Positions 17,120 through 24,000 of a stretch of 24,000 nucleotides of DNA are shown here, piece by piece; position 1 is the first letter of the stretch, and each line of letters starts with the position of its first letter. The notes under the pieces were generated by a model. It was not told the origin of the DNA. It did not search any database and saw nothing but the letters and a program-made list of their open reading frames with translations. Location: NCBI RefSeq assembly GCF_003026365.1, contig NZ_PYOM01000021.1, forward strand, positions 27,996-51,995. The letters run 5' to 3'. This DNA comes from Photobacterium angustum. Lineage in GTDB: Bacteria; Pseudomonadota; Gammaproteobacteria; Enterobacterales; Vibrionaceae. The position numbers were made by a program, and so were the translations under genes.

Positions 17120-17572
17120 TTAGCTATCTGCATGCAGACGACGTACCGCTGCACTCAGGGCGAATTCATAGCCGTCAGGGCCTAAGCCGCAAATCACACC
17201 TACTGCTTTATCGGATAAGTAAGAATGATGACGGAAAGGTTCACGAGCGTGGACATTAGATAAATGTACTTCAATAAACGGAATGGCGACGCCGAGTAAG
17301 GCATCACGAAGGGCTACACTCGTATGAGTAAAAGCTGCAGGATTGATAATGATGAAATCGATTTTGCCATAAGCTTGATGGATTGCATCAATTAACACAT
17401 GTTCCGCGTTGGATTGAATATGTTCTAATGCCACACCTAATTGGGTCGCTTTAGCAGTGAGCCCATCAACCACTTGAGTTAATGTTTGGTGGCCATAATG
17501 ACCCGGCTCTCGTAGACCTAGTAAGTTAAGGTTAGGTCCATTTATTAATAAAATTCGTTTAACGGTCGACAT
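17120..17572 (-). CDS. aroQ: 3-dehydroquinate dehydratase, type II
   Basis: 150 aa. [21 protein letters not shown]...[17 protein letters not shown]...[19 protein letters not shown] are type II DHQase signatures. Confidence 0.95.
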   Translation of the reverse strand: MSTVKRILLINGPNLNLLGLREPGHYGHQTLTQVVDGLTAKATQLGVALEHIQSNAEHVLIDAIHQAYGKIDFIIINPAAFTHTSVALRDALLGVAIPFIEVHLSNVHAREPFRHHSYLSDKAVGVICGLGPDGYEFALSAAVRRLHADS

Positions 17573-17903
17573 CTTGACGTATTTTCACTTGTTTATGAGG
17601 TTAAACTCTAACAACTTGCAAGCTTATGCAATTTTGTTTCCGTGTGTCCGTTTTTTTACTGCTAAACGTTCATTGTTGAGCAATTATAGAGAATTCACCG
17701 CAAATCGCAGCAAAATACTGGTCTAATCACCACTTTTTTGTGTGAACACGTGTAAGCCGTAGTGGAGAGTGTCGCTACTATTAGAGGTTTTATCTTACGA
17801 CAAGTTCAATCAACTAAGTGTAAGAATTTAGTGATAATTATGACTAAATTCGCTGCATTCCCACAATATGAAAAACGATACAGTTCAGTAGATAATATTT
17901 GAC

Positions 17904-17936
17904 GAATAAATCAACAATCAAGCTGTTGATTTATTC
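17904..17936. repeat. 13-bp perfect inverted repeat (hairpin or binding site) in the aroQ/acs intergenic region
   Basis: GAATAAATCAACA (17904-17916) and TGTTGATTTATTC (17924-17936) are exact reverse complements separated by a 7-nt loop. Confidence 0.5.
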
Positions 17937-18015
17937 AGCATTGCGATCAAAGTGGCGTATTTTAGGCGGAGAATGCTGGTAGTTAGCTGAATTGAGTGAA
18001 GATAATGATAGCGTA

Positions 18016-18044
18016 AAAATAAAAAAGACCGCAATTGAGCGGCC
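18016..18044 (-). terminator. Rho-independent terminator downstream of acs
   Basis: The minus strand reads GGCCGC-TCAATT-GCGGTC (one G-U pair) followed by TTTTTTATTTTT. It lies 25 nt past the acs stop. Confidence 0.65.
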
Positions 18045-18069
18045 TTTGTGTATTGATAAAAAAGTCGAA

Positions 18070-20019
18070 TTACATCACTTTTTGTTTTTCTTCAATGAGT
18101 CGATCAACGACTGTTGGATCAGCAAGGGTTGAAGTATCACCTAAAGTTGAGGTATCTCCGGTTGCTATCTTACGAAGAATTCGGCGCATGATCTTACCTG
18201 AACGTGTTTTGGGTAATGCGTCCGTCCAATGTAAGAAGTCTGGTGTGGCGATAGGACCAATTTCTTTACGTACCCAGTTTTTCACTTCTTTATGCAGCTC
18301 TGCACTTGGAATTTCACCATCGTTTAGGGTGATGTAAGCGTAAATTGCTTGGCCTTTTATCTCATGTGGTACACCCACAATTGCCGCTTCTGCAATCTTA
18401 TCGAAAGCAACGAGTGCAGATTCAATTTCAGCCGTCCCCATACGGTGACCTGAAATATTTAACACGTCATCTACACGACCTGTGATCCAGTAATAACCGT
18501 CTTCATCACGACGTGCACCGTCACCGGTGAAGTACATACCTTTAAAGGTAGAGAAATAGGTTTGCTCAAAACGTTCGTGATCGCCCCAAAGCGTACGCAT
18601 TTGACCTGGCCATGAATCGGTCATGACTAAGTTACCGTCAGTGGCGCCTTCAAGGATATTACCGACGTTATCAACCAGTGCTGGTTGTACACCAAAGAAT
18701 GGACGTGTTGCAGAGCCTGGTTTTAGTGCGGTTGCACCCGGTAGTGGGGTAATTAAGATCCCGCCTGTTTCTGTTTGCCACCATGTATCCACGATTGGGC
18801 AACGTTTGTCGCCAATTGTGCGGTGATACCATTCCCATGCTTCAGGGTTAATGGGTTCGCCGACAGAGCCCATGATACGCAATGATGAACGGTTAGTACC
18901 TTGAATTGCTTCATCACCTTTTGCCATTAGAGCACGAATCGCAGTCGGTGCTGTGTATAAAATGCTGACTTGGTGCTTATCAACCACTTCACTCATGCGA
19001 CTGGTTGATGGGTAGGTTGGCACGCCTTCAAACAATACTGTAGTAGCACCGTTAGCAAGTGGCCCGTATACCAAGTAGCTGTGACCTGTTATCCAACCTA
19101 CATCTGCGGTACACCAGTACACATCACCGTCTTGGTAATCAAATACGTATTTAAACGTCATCGTGGCGTATACAAGATAGCCGCCTGTGGTGTGAAGTAC
19201 ACCTTTAGGCTTACCTGTTGAGCCAGACGTATAAAGAATAAAAAGAGGGTCTTCAGCGTTCATTGGCTCTGGAGCACAGTGAGCCGAAGCCACAGCGGTC
19301 GCTTCATGCCACCATACATCGCGATCATCATTCCAAGCGACTTCACCGCCAGTGCGCTTAAAGACAACCACTTTTTCAACCGTCGTTACTTCAGGGTTTA
19401 CTAGCGCGTCGTCGACATTTTTCTTAAGGGGAACAGCACGACCACCACGTACGCCTTCATCAGCAGTAACAACCACTTTTGCATTTGAATCGATAATGCG
19501 TCCAGCTAATGCTTCTGGAGAGAAACCACCAAAGACGATAGTGTGTACTGCACCAATACGGGTACAAGCAAGCATTGCAATTGCCGCTTCTGCAACCATT
19601 GGCATGTAAAGACAAACCACATCACCTTTACGTACACCTTGGCTCTTTAGGGCGTTAGCAAACTGACAGACTTCTTGATGTAATTCATTGTAGGTTAAGG
19701 TGGCATCATCATTAGGATCATCACCTTCCCAAATAATAGCCGCTTGATCGCCTTTGGTCGCGAGGTGGCGATCAATACAGTTAGCAGAGACATTAAGCTC
19801 ACCGTCTTCAAACCATTTAATGCTGACGTGGCCGGTATCAAATGAGGTGTTTTTAACTTTAGTAAATGGTGTCATCCAATCAACGATTTGGCCATGTTCA
19901 CGCCAAAAACCTTCAGGGTTAATCACTGATTGCTGATACATCTCACGGTATTGCTCTTCATTGATATGAGCTGTTTTTGCGATGGTCTCATTGACCGGAT
20001 AAACGTGAACCTCACTCAT
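18070..20019 (-). CDS. acs: Acetyl-CoA synthetase (AMP-forming)
   Basis: 649 aa. It has the AMP-binding motif [12 protein letters not shown] and the C-terminal [27 protein letters not shown], colinear with E. coli Acs. A strong AAGGAG SD lies upstream. Confidence 0.98.
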   Translation of the reverse strand: MSEVHVYPVNETIAKTAHINEEQYREMYQQSVINPEGFWREHGQIVDWMTPFTKVKNTSFDTGHVSIKWFEDGELNVSANCIDRHLATKGDQAAIIWEGDDPNDDATLTYNELHQEVCQFANALKSQGVRKGDVVCLYMPMVAEAAIAMLACTRIGAVHTIVFGGFSPEALAGRIIDSNAKVVVTADEGVRGGRAVPLKKNVDDALVNPEVTTVEKVVVFKRTGGEVAWNDDRDVWWHEATAVASAHCAPEPMNAEDPLFILYTSGSTGKPKGVLHTTGGYLVYATMTFKYVFDYQDGDVYWCTADVGWITGHSYLVYGPLANGATTVLFEGVPTYPSTSRMSEVVDKHQVSILYTAPTAIRALMAKGDEAIQGTNRSSLRIMGSVGEPINPEAWEWYHRTIGDKRCPIVDTWWQTETGGILITPLPGATALKPGSATRPFFGVQPALVDNVGNILEGATDGNLVMTDSWPGQMRTLWGDHERFEQTYFSTFKGMYFTGDGARRDEDGYYWITGRVDDVLNISGHRMGTAEIESALVAFDKIAEAAIVGVPHEIKGQAIYAYITLNDGEIPSAELHKEVKNWVRKEIGPIATPDFLHWTDALPKTRSGKIMRRILRKIATGDTSTLGDTSTLADPTVVDRLIEEKQKVM

Positions 20020-20405
20020 CCTATTCTCCTTGAGTTCTTATACTTTATGCGCCCTGCATCCTTAGCCGATGTAATAAGGGTGAGCAAACTGACTTTTTAT
20101 AGTTGTTTTGTGCTGCCTATACGGTGTGCCATTTTGTGTATGTCTACAATTAGACTTTAGGATGAGAGAGCTAGATCAAAGGACGTAAATGCGAGTTACA
20201 TGGATTTTTCATGACAATTTGTAGGGGGATATCTGAACTTGAGTAATTGAGTGAGATTAATAAAAAACAGAAAAGAGATCTCTATCGCACTATTAGAGTA
20301 ATTATGTGTTGTTGGTGGGGTTAAATTGCGCGATGACATTAGTTTGATAAGAAAACTACGTCATAATATGTTGCTTTTTTTTTCACCACATTATGCGAGA
20401 TCACT

Positions 20406-21584
20406 ATGTTTACACGTTCGCCCTACAGCTGGAGCTCACAATACTTGTGGGGATTTTTCTTCTCTTACGGTGTTTATCTGCCATTTTGGGCTATTTGGTT
20501 TAAGCATATTGGAGTGGATGATTCTGATATTGGTTTGTTGTTGGGATTAGGTTTTGCCGTTCGTTGCTTGGCCAACTTATTATTAACCCCGCGTATCCAC
20601 AAAGTAGAGCATCTTATCCCTGCTTTACGAGGTTTTACTCTGCTCGGTCTGCTTGCTTGTATTCTTTATATTGTCGGTGGCGGGGGATTATGGGTACTTG
20701 CCGCTGTCACTATCTTATTTAATTTATCAGCTGGACCTATCGTGCCAATTTCTGATGCTATCGTGAACCATTATGCAAAAGATGGGCATCTTGATTATGG
20801 TCGTACCCGTTTATGGGGCTCGATTGCCTTTATTGCGGGATCAACGGTAGTAGGGATGCTGGCTAATCACTATGGTGCCGATATCATTCCTTGGGTGGCA
20901 TTATCTGGATTAGCTTTCTCACAGTTAATGGCGGCAAGAAATCCTGCGATTATGCCATTCGATGAAGGGAGCTCTGAGCAAGTGCGTCCTGCATTGTGGG
21001 GAATTTTATGTAATGGTGCGGTGATTAAGTTGATTGTGGTTGCAGCATTACTGCAAGGTAGTCATGCGGCTTATTATGGCTTTAGCTCTATCTACTGGCA
21101 GAAAATTGGTTTTAGTGAATCAATGATTGGTTACTTATGGAGCTTCAGTGTTGCTGCAGAAGTTATGGTATTTCTAGTTAGTAAGCGCTTATTTTCTGGT
21201 TGGTCGGTAAATAATATGTTCCGCTTAGCAGCATTTGGCGTCTTGGTACGATGGGGATTAACCGCCACTTTGACAGATCAATGGCTGATGTTTCCCGTTC
21301 AAGCTCTACATGGCGTAACTTTTGCTGCTGCTCACTTAGCGGCGATTCGTTATATTCAACAACAGCCGAGTAACCATTCTGTCGCGCTGCAATCGTTATA
21401 TAATGCGATTCCCCTTGGCGCGGTAATGGCAATATTAACGTCGATGAGTGGATGGATGTATGGCAATTGGGGCGCTAATGTCTTTTGGATCATGGCTGCG
21501 ATGGCTTTTCCTGTGTTCTTTATTCGTTTAACGCCGCCCCCCCAACAGATCGCGACGACGGAATATAAAACCAGTAAAGCATAG
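20406..21584 (+). CDS. MFS transporter, HcaT (3-phenylpropionate permease)/LacY-like family; substrate unknown
   Basis: 392 aa with about 12 predicted TM helices. FFFSYGVYLPFW, LDYGRTRLWGSIAF, LLQGSHAAYYGFSSIYWQ and GYLWSFSVAAEV parallel E. coli HcaT motifs (YFFSYGIFLPFW, LDYGKVRLWGSVAF, LLQGAHAAYYGFSAIYWQ, GYLWSLGVVAEV). The family call is from remembered similarity. Confidence 0.8.
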   Translation: MFTRSPYSWSSQYLWGFFFSYGVYLPFWAIWFKHIGVDDSDIGLLLGLGFAVRCLANLLLTPRIHKVEHLIPALRGFTLLGLLACILYIVGGGGLWVLAAVTILFNLSAGPIVPISDAIVNHYAKDGHLDYGRTRLWGSIAFIAGSTVVGMLANHYGADIIPWVALSGLAFSQLMAARNPAIMPFDEGSSEQVRPALWGILCNGAVIKLIVVAALLQGSHAAYYGFSSIYWQKIGFSESMIGYLWSFSVAAEVMVFLVSKRLFSGWSVNNMFRLAAFGVLVRWGLTATLTDQWLMFPVQALHGVTFAAAHLAAIRYIQQQPSNHSVALQSLYNAIPLGAVMAILTSMSGWMYGNWGANVFWIMAAMAFPVFFIRLTPPPQQIATTEYKTSKA

Positions 21585-21605
21585 TGATTACTAACTTCTA
21601 TTTTA

Positions 21606-21634
21606 AAGCGCAGTCTTGATGGCTGCGCTTTTTT
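21606..21634 (+). terminator. Rho-independent terminator downstream of the MFS transporter gene
   Basis: AAGCGCAGTC-TTGAT-GGCTGCGCTT has an 8-10 bp stem followed by TTTTTT. It starts 22 nt after the stop. Confidence 0.75.
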
Positions 21635-21754
21635 ATTACAACAAAGAAAAGAGAAGGCTCACTATCTTACTGAGAGAACTGTGATCAGACAGGATTGAGT
21701 AAGCTGTGACAACTTAGTTACAGTGGTGAATCTGTTTAAAAAGGATGATGTGTG

Positions 21755-24000
21755 ATGGTACAGGGATGGATTGTTATAACCGTATCACTGGTATATCTCG
21801 GCGTACTGTTCGCGATTGCATGGTATGGCGATAAAAAAAGCCAATGGTTAGCAGGGTGGCGACCGTGGATATATAGTTTATCCATTGCGGTGTATTGTAC
21901 TTCATGGAGTTTCTTCGGCACGGTGGGACAAGCTAGCCGTGAGTTGTGGTCTTTCCTCCCCATTTATCTCGCGCCAATTATTGTATTTACCTTAGGTTGG
22001 AAAGTCTTAGCTCGGCTGATCTTTATTGCCAAGCGTGAACACATTACTTCGATAGCAGATTTTATCGCGGCCCGTTACGGAAAGTCGCAAGGGTTAGCGA
22101 TGCTCGTCACCGTGATTGCGGTGATAGGTATTTTGCCTTATATCGCGTTGCAGTTGCGTGGCATTACGATGGGGCTTGAACAGATCACGCCGAATTTAGG
22201 CGAGATGTTCAATCTCGAAGGGTTAGATACTGCGTGGATAGTATCTGGTGTACTCGCAGTATTTTCTATTTTGTTTGGTACTCGGCATATTGATTCTACC
22301 GAGCATCACCGCGGCATGATGATGGCGATAGCGTTTGAATCATTGATCAAGCTTGCTGCGTTTCTTGCGGTCGGAATTTTTGCGCTGAGTTTATTTAAAA
22401 CCGCACCTCAGCTTAACGCACTAAGTTGGCAATCACTTACTTACAAATCACCTAATATTGGTAGCCTATTTATTCATATGCTACTGACCATGGCGGCAAT
22501 TATCTGTTTGCCACGTCAATTTCATACCATTGTGGTGGAAAACCATAGCCAAGCTGATTTACATAAAGCCCGTTGGATTTTTCCTTGTTACCTGTTCTTA
22601 ATGGGGATTTTTGTTATCCCTCTAGCTTTGATTGGACAGCAATTACTACCGAATGTGTTAGCAGATACTTACGTGATTAATTTGCCCTTACAGCAAGGTG
22701 CGAATGGCATTGCGCTCCTCGCTTTTATTGGTGGTGCTTCAGCGGCGACAGGAATGGTCATTGTATCAACCATTGCTTTGGCAATTATGGTATCGAATGA
22801 TTTAGTAATGCCCTTAATGTTACGTCGAGTACGCATTGGGCCGCGTAATTTTTCAGCCTTTTCTGGCTTACTATTAAATGTCCGTCGGGTGTTAATTGCA
22901 GTGTTATTACTTGCAGCATGGGGCTTTTACCATGTGCTAGATAATGTCCATTCATTGTCGGCGATAGGTTTATTGTCATTTGCAGCGATTGCACAATTTG
23001 CCCCAGCGTTGCTCGGCGGTATTTACTGGCGTTTTGGTAATAAAAAAGGCGTGTATACCGGTCTAGTTGGTGGGATGACGATTTGGCTTATTACTATGAT
23101 GAGCCAAACAAGTATGTTGGCAGGGGATGCTGGCAGTAATTTTCTACTGTGGTTATTAAGCCCACCGCAACTGCCTATTTTACGAAGTTTATCTTCTGTT
23201 GATTGGGGCATGTTGTTGAGTTTATGCGTCAATGTCAGTTTGTTTGTCGGGATTTCATTAATAACGCGCTCGTCACTCACTGAACGTTTACAAGCGGCTT
23301 CTTTTGTTGGTGCCTCTCCTGCAGAAACAGAAGATGGGAGCTTATATCAAACCCGTGTGACGGTCGCAGAATTAGAAATGTTGGCTTCTCGTTTTGTTGG
23401 CCGTAAACGCGTTCGACATGCATTTGCTCAGTTTGCCGAGCAGCAAGATAATCGTTTAGATCCTCAACAACAAGCGTCTGCCAGCATGATCCGCCATACC
23501 GAAAGAGTATTGGCTGGCGTTTTTGGTGCATCCTCAGCAAGGTTAGTGCTTACTTCCGCTTTGCAAGGTAGAAACATGCAATTAGAAGAAGTCGCAACGA
23601 TTGTTGATGAAGCTTCTGAGTTGTTTGATTTTAGCCGAGGATTATTACAAGGAGCGATTGAACATATTAGCCAAGGTATTGCTGTGGTTGATAAACAGCT
23701 TCGGCTGGTGGCATGGAACCAACGGTATTTAGAGCAGTTTTCTTTTCCGCCGGGTTTGATCCAAGTCGGTCGCCCTATTACTGATGTGATTCGATATAAC
23801 GCTGAGCAAGGATTATGCGGCCCCGGCGATCCTGAAGCACATGTTGCTAAACGAGTTGAGCATTTACAGCGGGGAACGGCACATACGTCATCACGAATTC
23901 GCCCTGATGGACAAGTGATAGAAGTGCAAGGTAACCCAATGCCAGGTGGTGGTTTTGTGATGAGCTTTAGTGATATTACTGCTTTTCGTCAGGTTGAAAT
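21755..24000 (+). CDS. crbS: Hybrid sensor histidine kinase with N-terminal SLC5/sodium-solute-symporter domain, STAC and PAS domains (CrbS/CbrA type); 5' portion only, continues past the window
   Basis: I translated by hand an open frame from the ATG at 21755 (AAGGA SD 9 nt upstream; GTG 21752 is an alternative) to base 24000 with no stop. The track omits it because no stop lies in the window. About 500 aa are polytopic and SSS-like (MVQGWIVITVSLVYLGVLFAIAWYGDKK...ITSIADFIAARYGKSQ...). A STAC-like segment follows (VAELEMLASRFVGRKRV). The PAS module typical of CbrA/CrbS comes next (LLQGAIEHISQGIAVVDKQLRLVAWNQRYLEQFSFPPGLIQVGRPI...GNPMPGGGFVMSFSDITAFRQVE). Confidence 0.85.
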   Translation, partial: MVQGWIVITVSLVYLGVLFAIAWYGDKKSQWLAGWRPWIYSLSIAVYCTSWSFFGTVGQASRELWSFLPIYLAPIIVFTLGWKVLARLIFIAKREHITSIADFIAARYGKSQGLAMLVTVIAVIGILPYIALQLRGITMGLEQITPNLGEMFNLEGLDTAWIVSGVLAVFSILFGTRHIDSTEHHRGMMMAIAFESLIKLAAFLAVGIFALSLFKTAPQLNALSWQSLTYKSPNIGSLFIHMLLTMAAIICLPRQFHTIVVENHSQADLHKARWIFPCYLFLMGIFVIPLALIGQQLLPNVLADTYVINLPLQQGANGIALLAFIGGASAATGMVIVSTIALAIMVSNDLVMPLMLRRVRIGPRNFSAFSGLLLNVRRVLIAVLLLAAWGFYHVLDNVHSLSAIGLLSFAAIAQFAPALLGGIYWRFGNKKGVYTGLVGGMTIWLITMMSQTSMLAGDAGSNFLLWLLSPPQLPILRSLSSVDWGMLLSLCVNVSLFVGISLITRSSLTERLQAASFVGASPAETEDGSLYQTRVTVAELEMLASRFVGRKRVRHAFAQFAEQQDNRLDPQQQASASMIRHTERVLAGVFGASSARLVLTSALQGRNMQLEEVATIVDEASELFDFSRGLLQGAIEHISQGIAVVDKQLRLVAWNQRYLEQFSFPPGLIQVGRPITDVIRYNAEQGLCGPGDPEAHVAKRVEHLQRGTAHTSSRIRPDGQVIEVQGNPMPGGGFVMSFSDITAFRQVE

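Noticed and set aside
17840-17902. 20-codon ORF (MTKFAAFPQYEKRYSSVDNI) followed by the 13-bp hairpin
   Set aside because: It has no SD and no recognisable leader-peptide logic, and the region is AT-rich so short ORFs arise by chance. It is kept only as context for the intergenic-region finding.
18124-18159. Tandem repeat [12 protein letters not shown] (36 nt) near the 3' end of acs
   Set aside because: The same duplicated motif ([15 protein letters not shown]) is a conserved feature of the Acs C-terminus in E. coli. It is not a recent duplication or slippage event.
20126-20131. TGGCAC (sigma54 -24-like) on the minus strand upstream of acs
   Set aside because: The required TTGC(A/T) element 5 nt downstream is absent (the sequence is ATAGG), so this is not a credible -24/-12 promoter.
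20274-20283. 10-bp palindrome AGAGATCTCT in the acs/transporter intergenic region
   Set aside because: About 20 perfect 10-bp palindromes are expected by chance in 24 kb, and no second copy or extended symmetry is present.
20326-20550. 74-aa plus-strand ORF overlapping the start of the MFS transporter gene
   Set aside because: It is out of frame with the transporter ORF, whose N-terminus aligns with HcaT from its first residues. It has a non-ATG start and no SD.
21736-23540. Four minus-strand ORFs (21736-21963, 22785-22994, 23023-23280, 23277-23540) listed in the track
   Set aside because: All are antisense to the long uninterrupted plus-strand frame (21755 to the window end) that encodes a recognisable SSS-STAC-PAS sensor kinase. 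They appear in the track only because the real gene lacks a stop in the window.
1-24000. Search for CRISPR arrays, tRNA/rRNA genes, IS elements, integrases, phage genes, toxin-antitoxin pairs or defence-system signatures
   Set aside because: I saw no regularly spaced repeats, no cloverleaf-like or rRNA-like segments, and no transposase, integrase or nuclease/ATPase-type ORFs. Apart from two small or unidentified CDSs (the lipoprotein and the truncated left-edge ORF), every credible CDS is accounted for by a housekeeping, transport or signalling family.

Overview
The window looks like a conserved chromosomal backbone of a gammaproteobacterium. From remembered protein similarity and gene order it is probably Vibrionaceae, but I did not verify this. 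The sequence looks moderately AT-rich by eye. The backbone carries purD-purH (-), a zntR-like MerR regulator (+), a small lipoprotein (-) and ppnP (+). After a 6 kb accessory-looking segment it continues on the minus strand with fis-dusB, prmA, yhdT-panF, accC-accB-aroQ and acs. It ends with an HcaT-family MFS transporter (+) and the 5' 2.2 kb of a CrbS/CbrA-type sensor kinase with a fused solute-symporter domain (+). The kinase ORF runs off the window, so the ORF track does not list it. The accessory-looking segment (4.6-10.7 kb) holds a malI-malX-malY-like module (LacI-family repressor, PTS EIICB, PLP C-S lyase) and an sCache-type methyl-accepting chemotaxis protein. Several track ORFs carry spurious N-terminal extensions, often from TTG starts. 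I re-called the starts of zntR, the lipoprotein, malI, malY, dusB and yhdT from homology, Shine-Dalgarno (SD) positions and regulatory sites that lie inside the extensions. I found no CRISPR array, tRNA or rRNA, IS element, integrase, or recognisable defence or toxin system, and no convincing undescribed multi-gene system. The observations most worth a second look are: (1) a 29/30-identical 30-nt terminator repeat that exactly brackets the malIXY module; (2) an array of CG-centred palindromic operators in the malI/malX intergenic region, with one more copy in the chemoreceptor promoter region, which suggests PTS and chemoreceptor co-regulation; (3) a near-consensus PurR box shared by the divergent purH and zntR control regions, with a long structured purH leader; and (4) the acs / HcaT-like transporter / crbS neighbourhood. 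All functional calls rest on remembered homology and motif reading. No searches were run.
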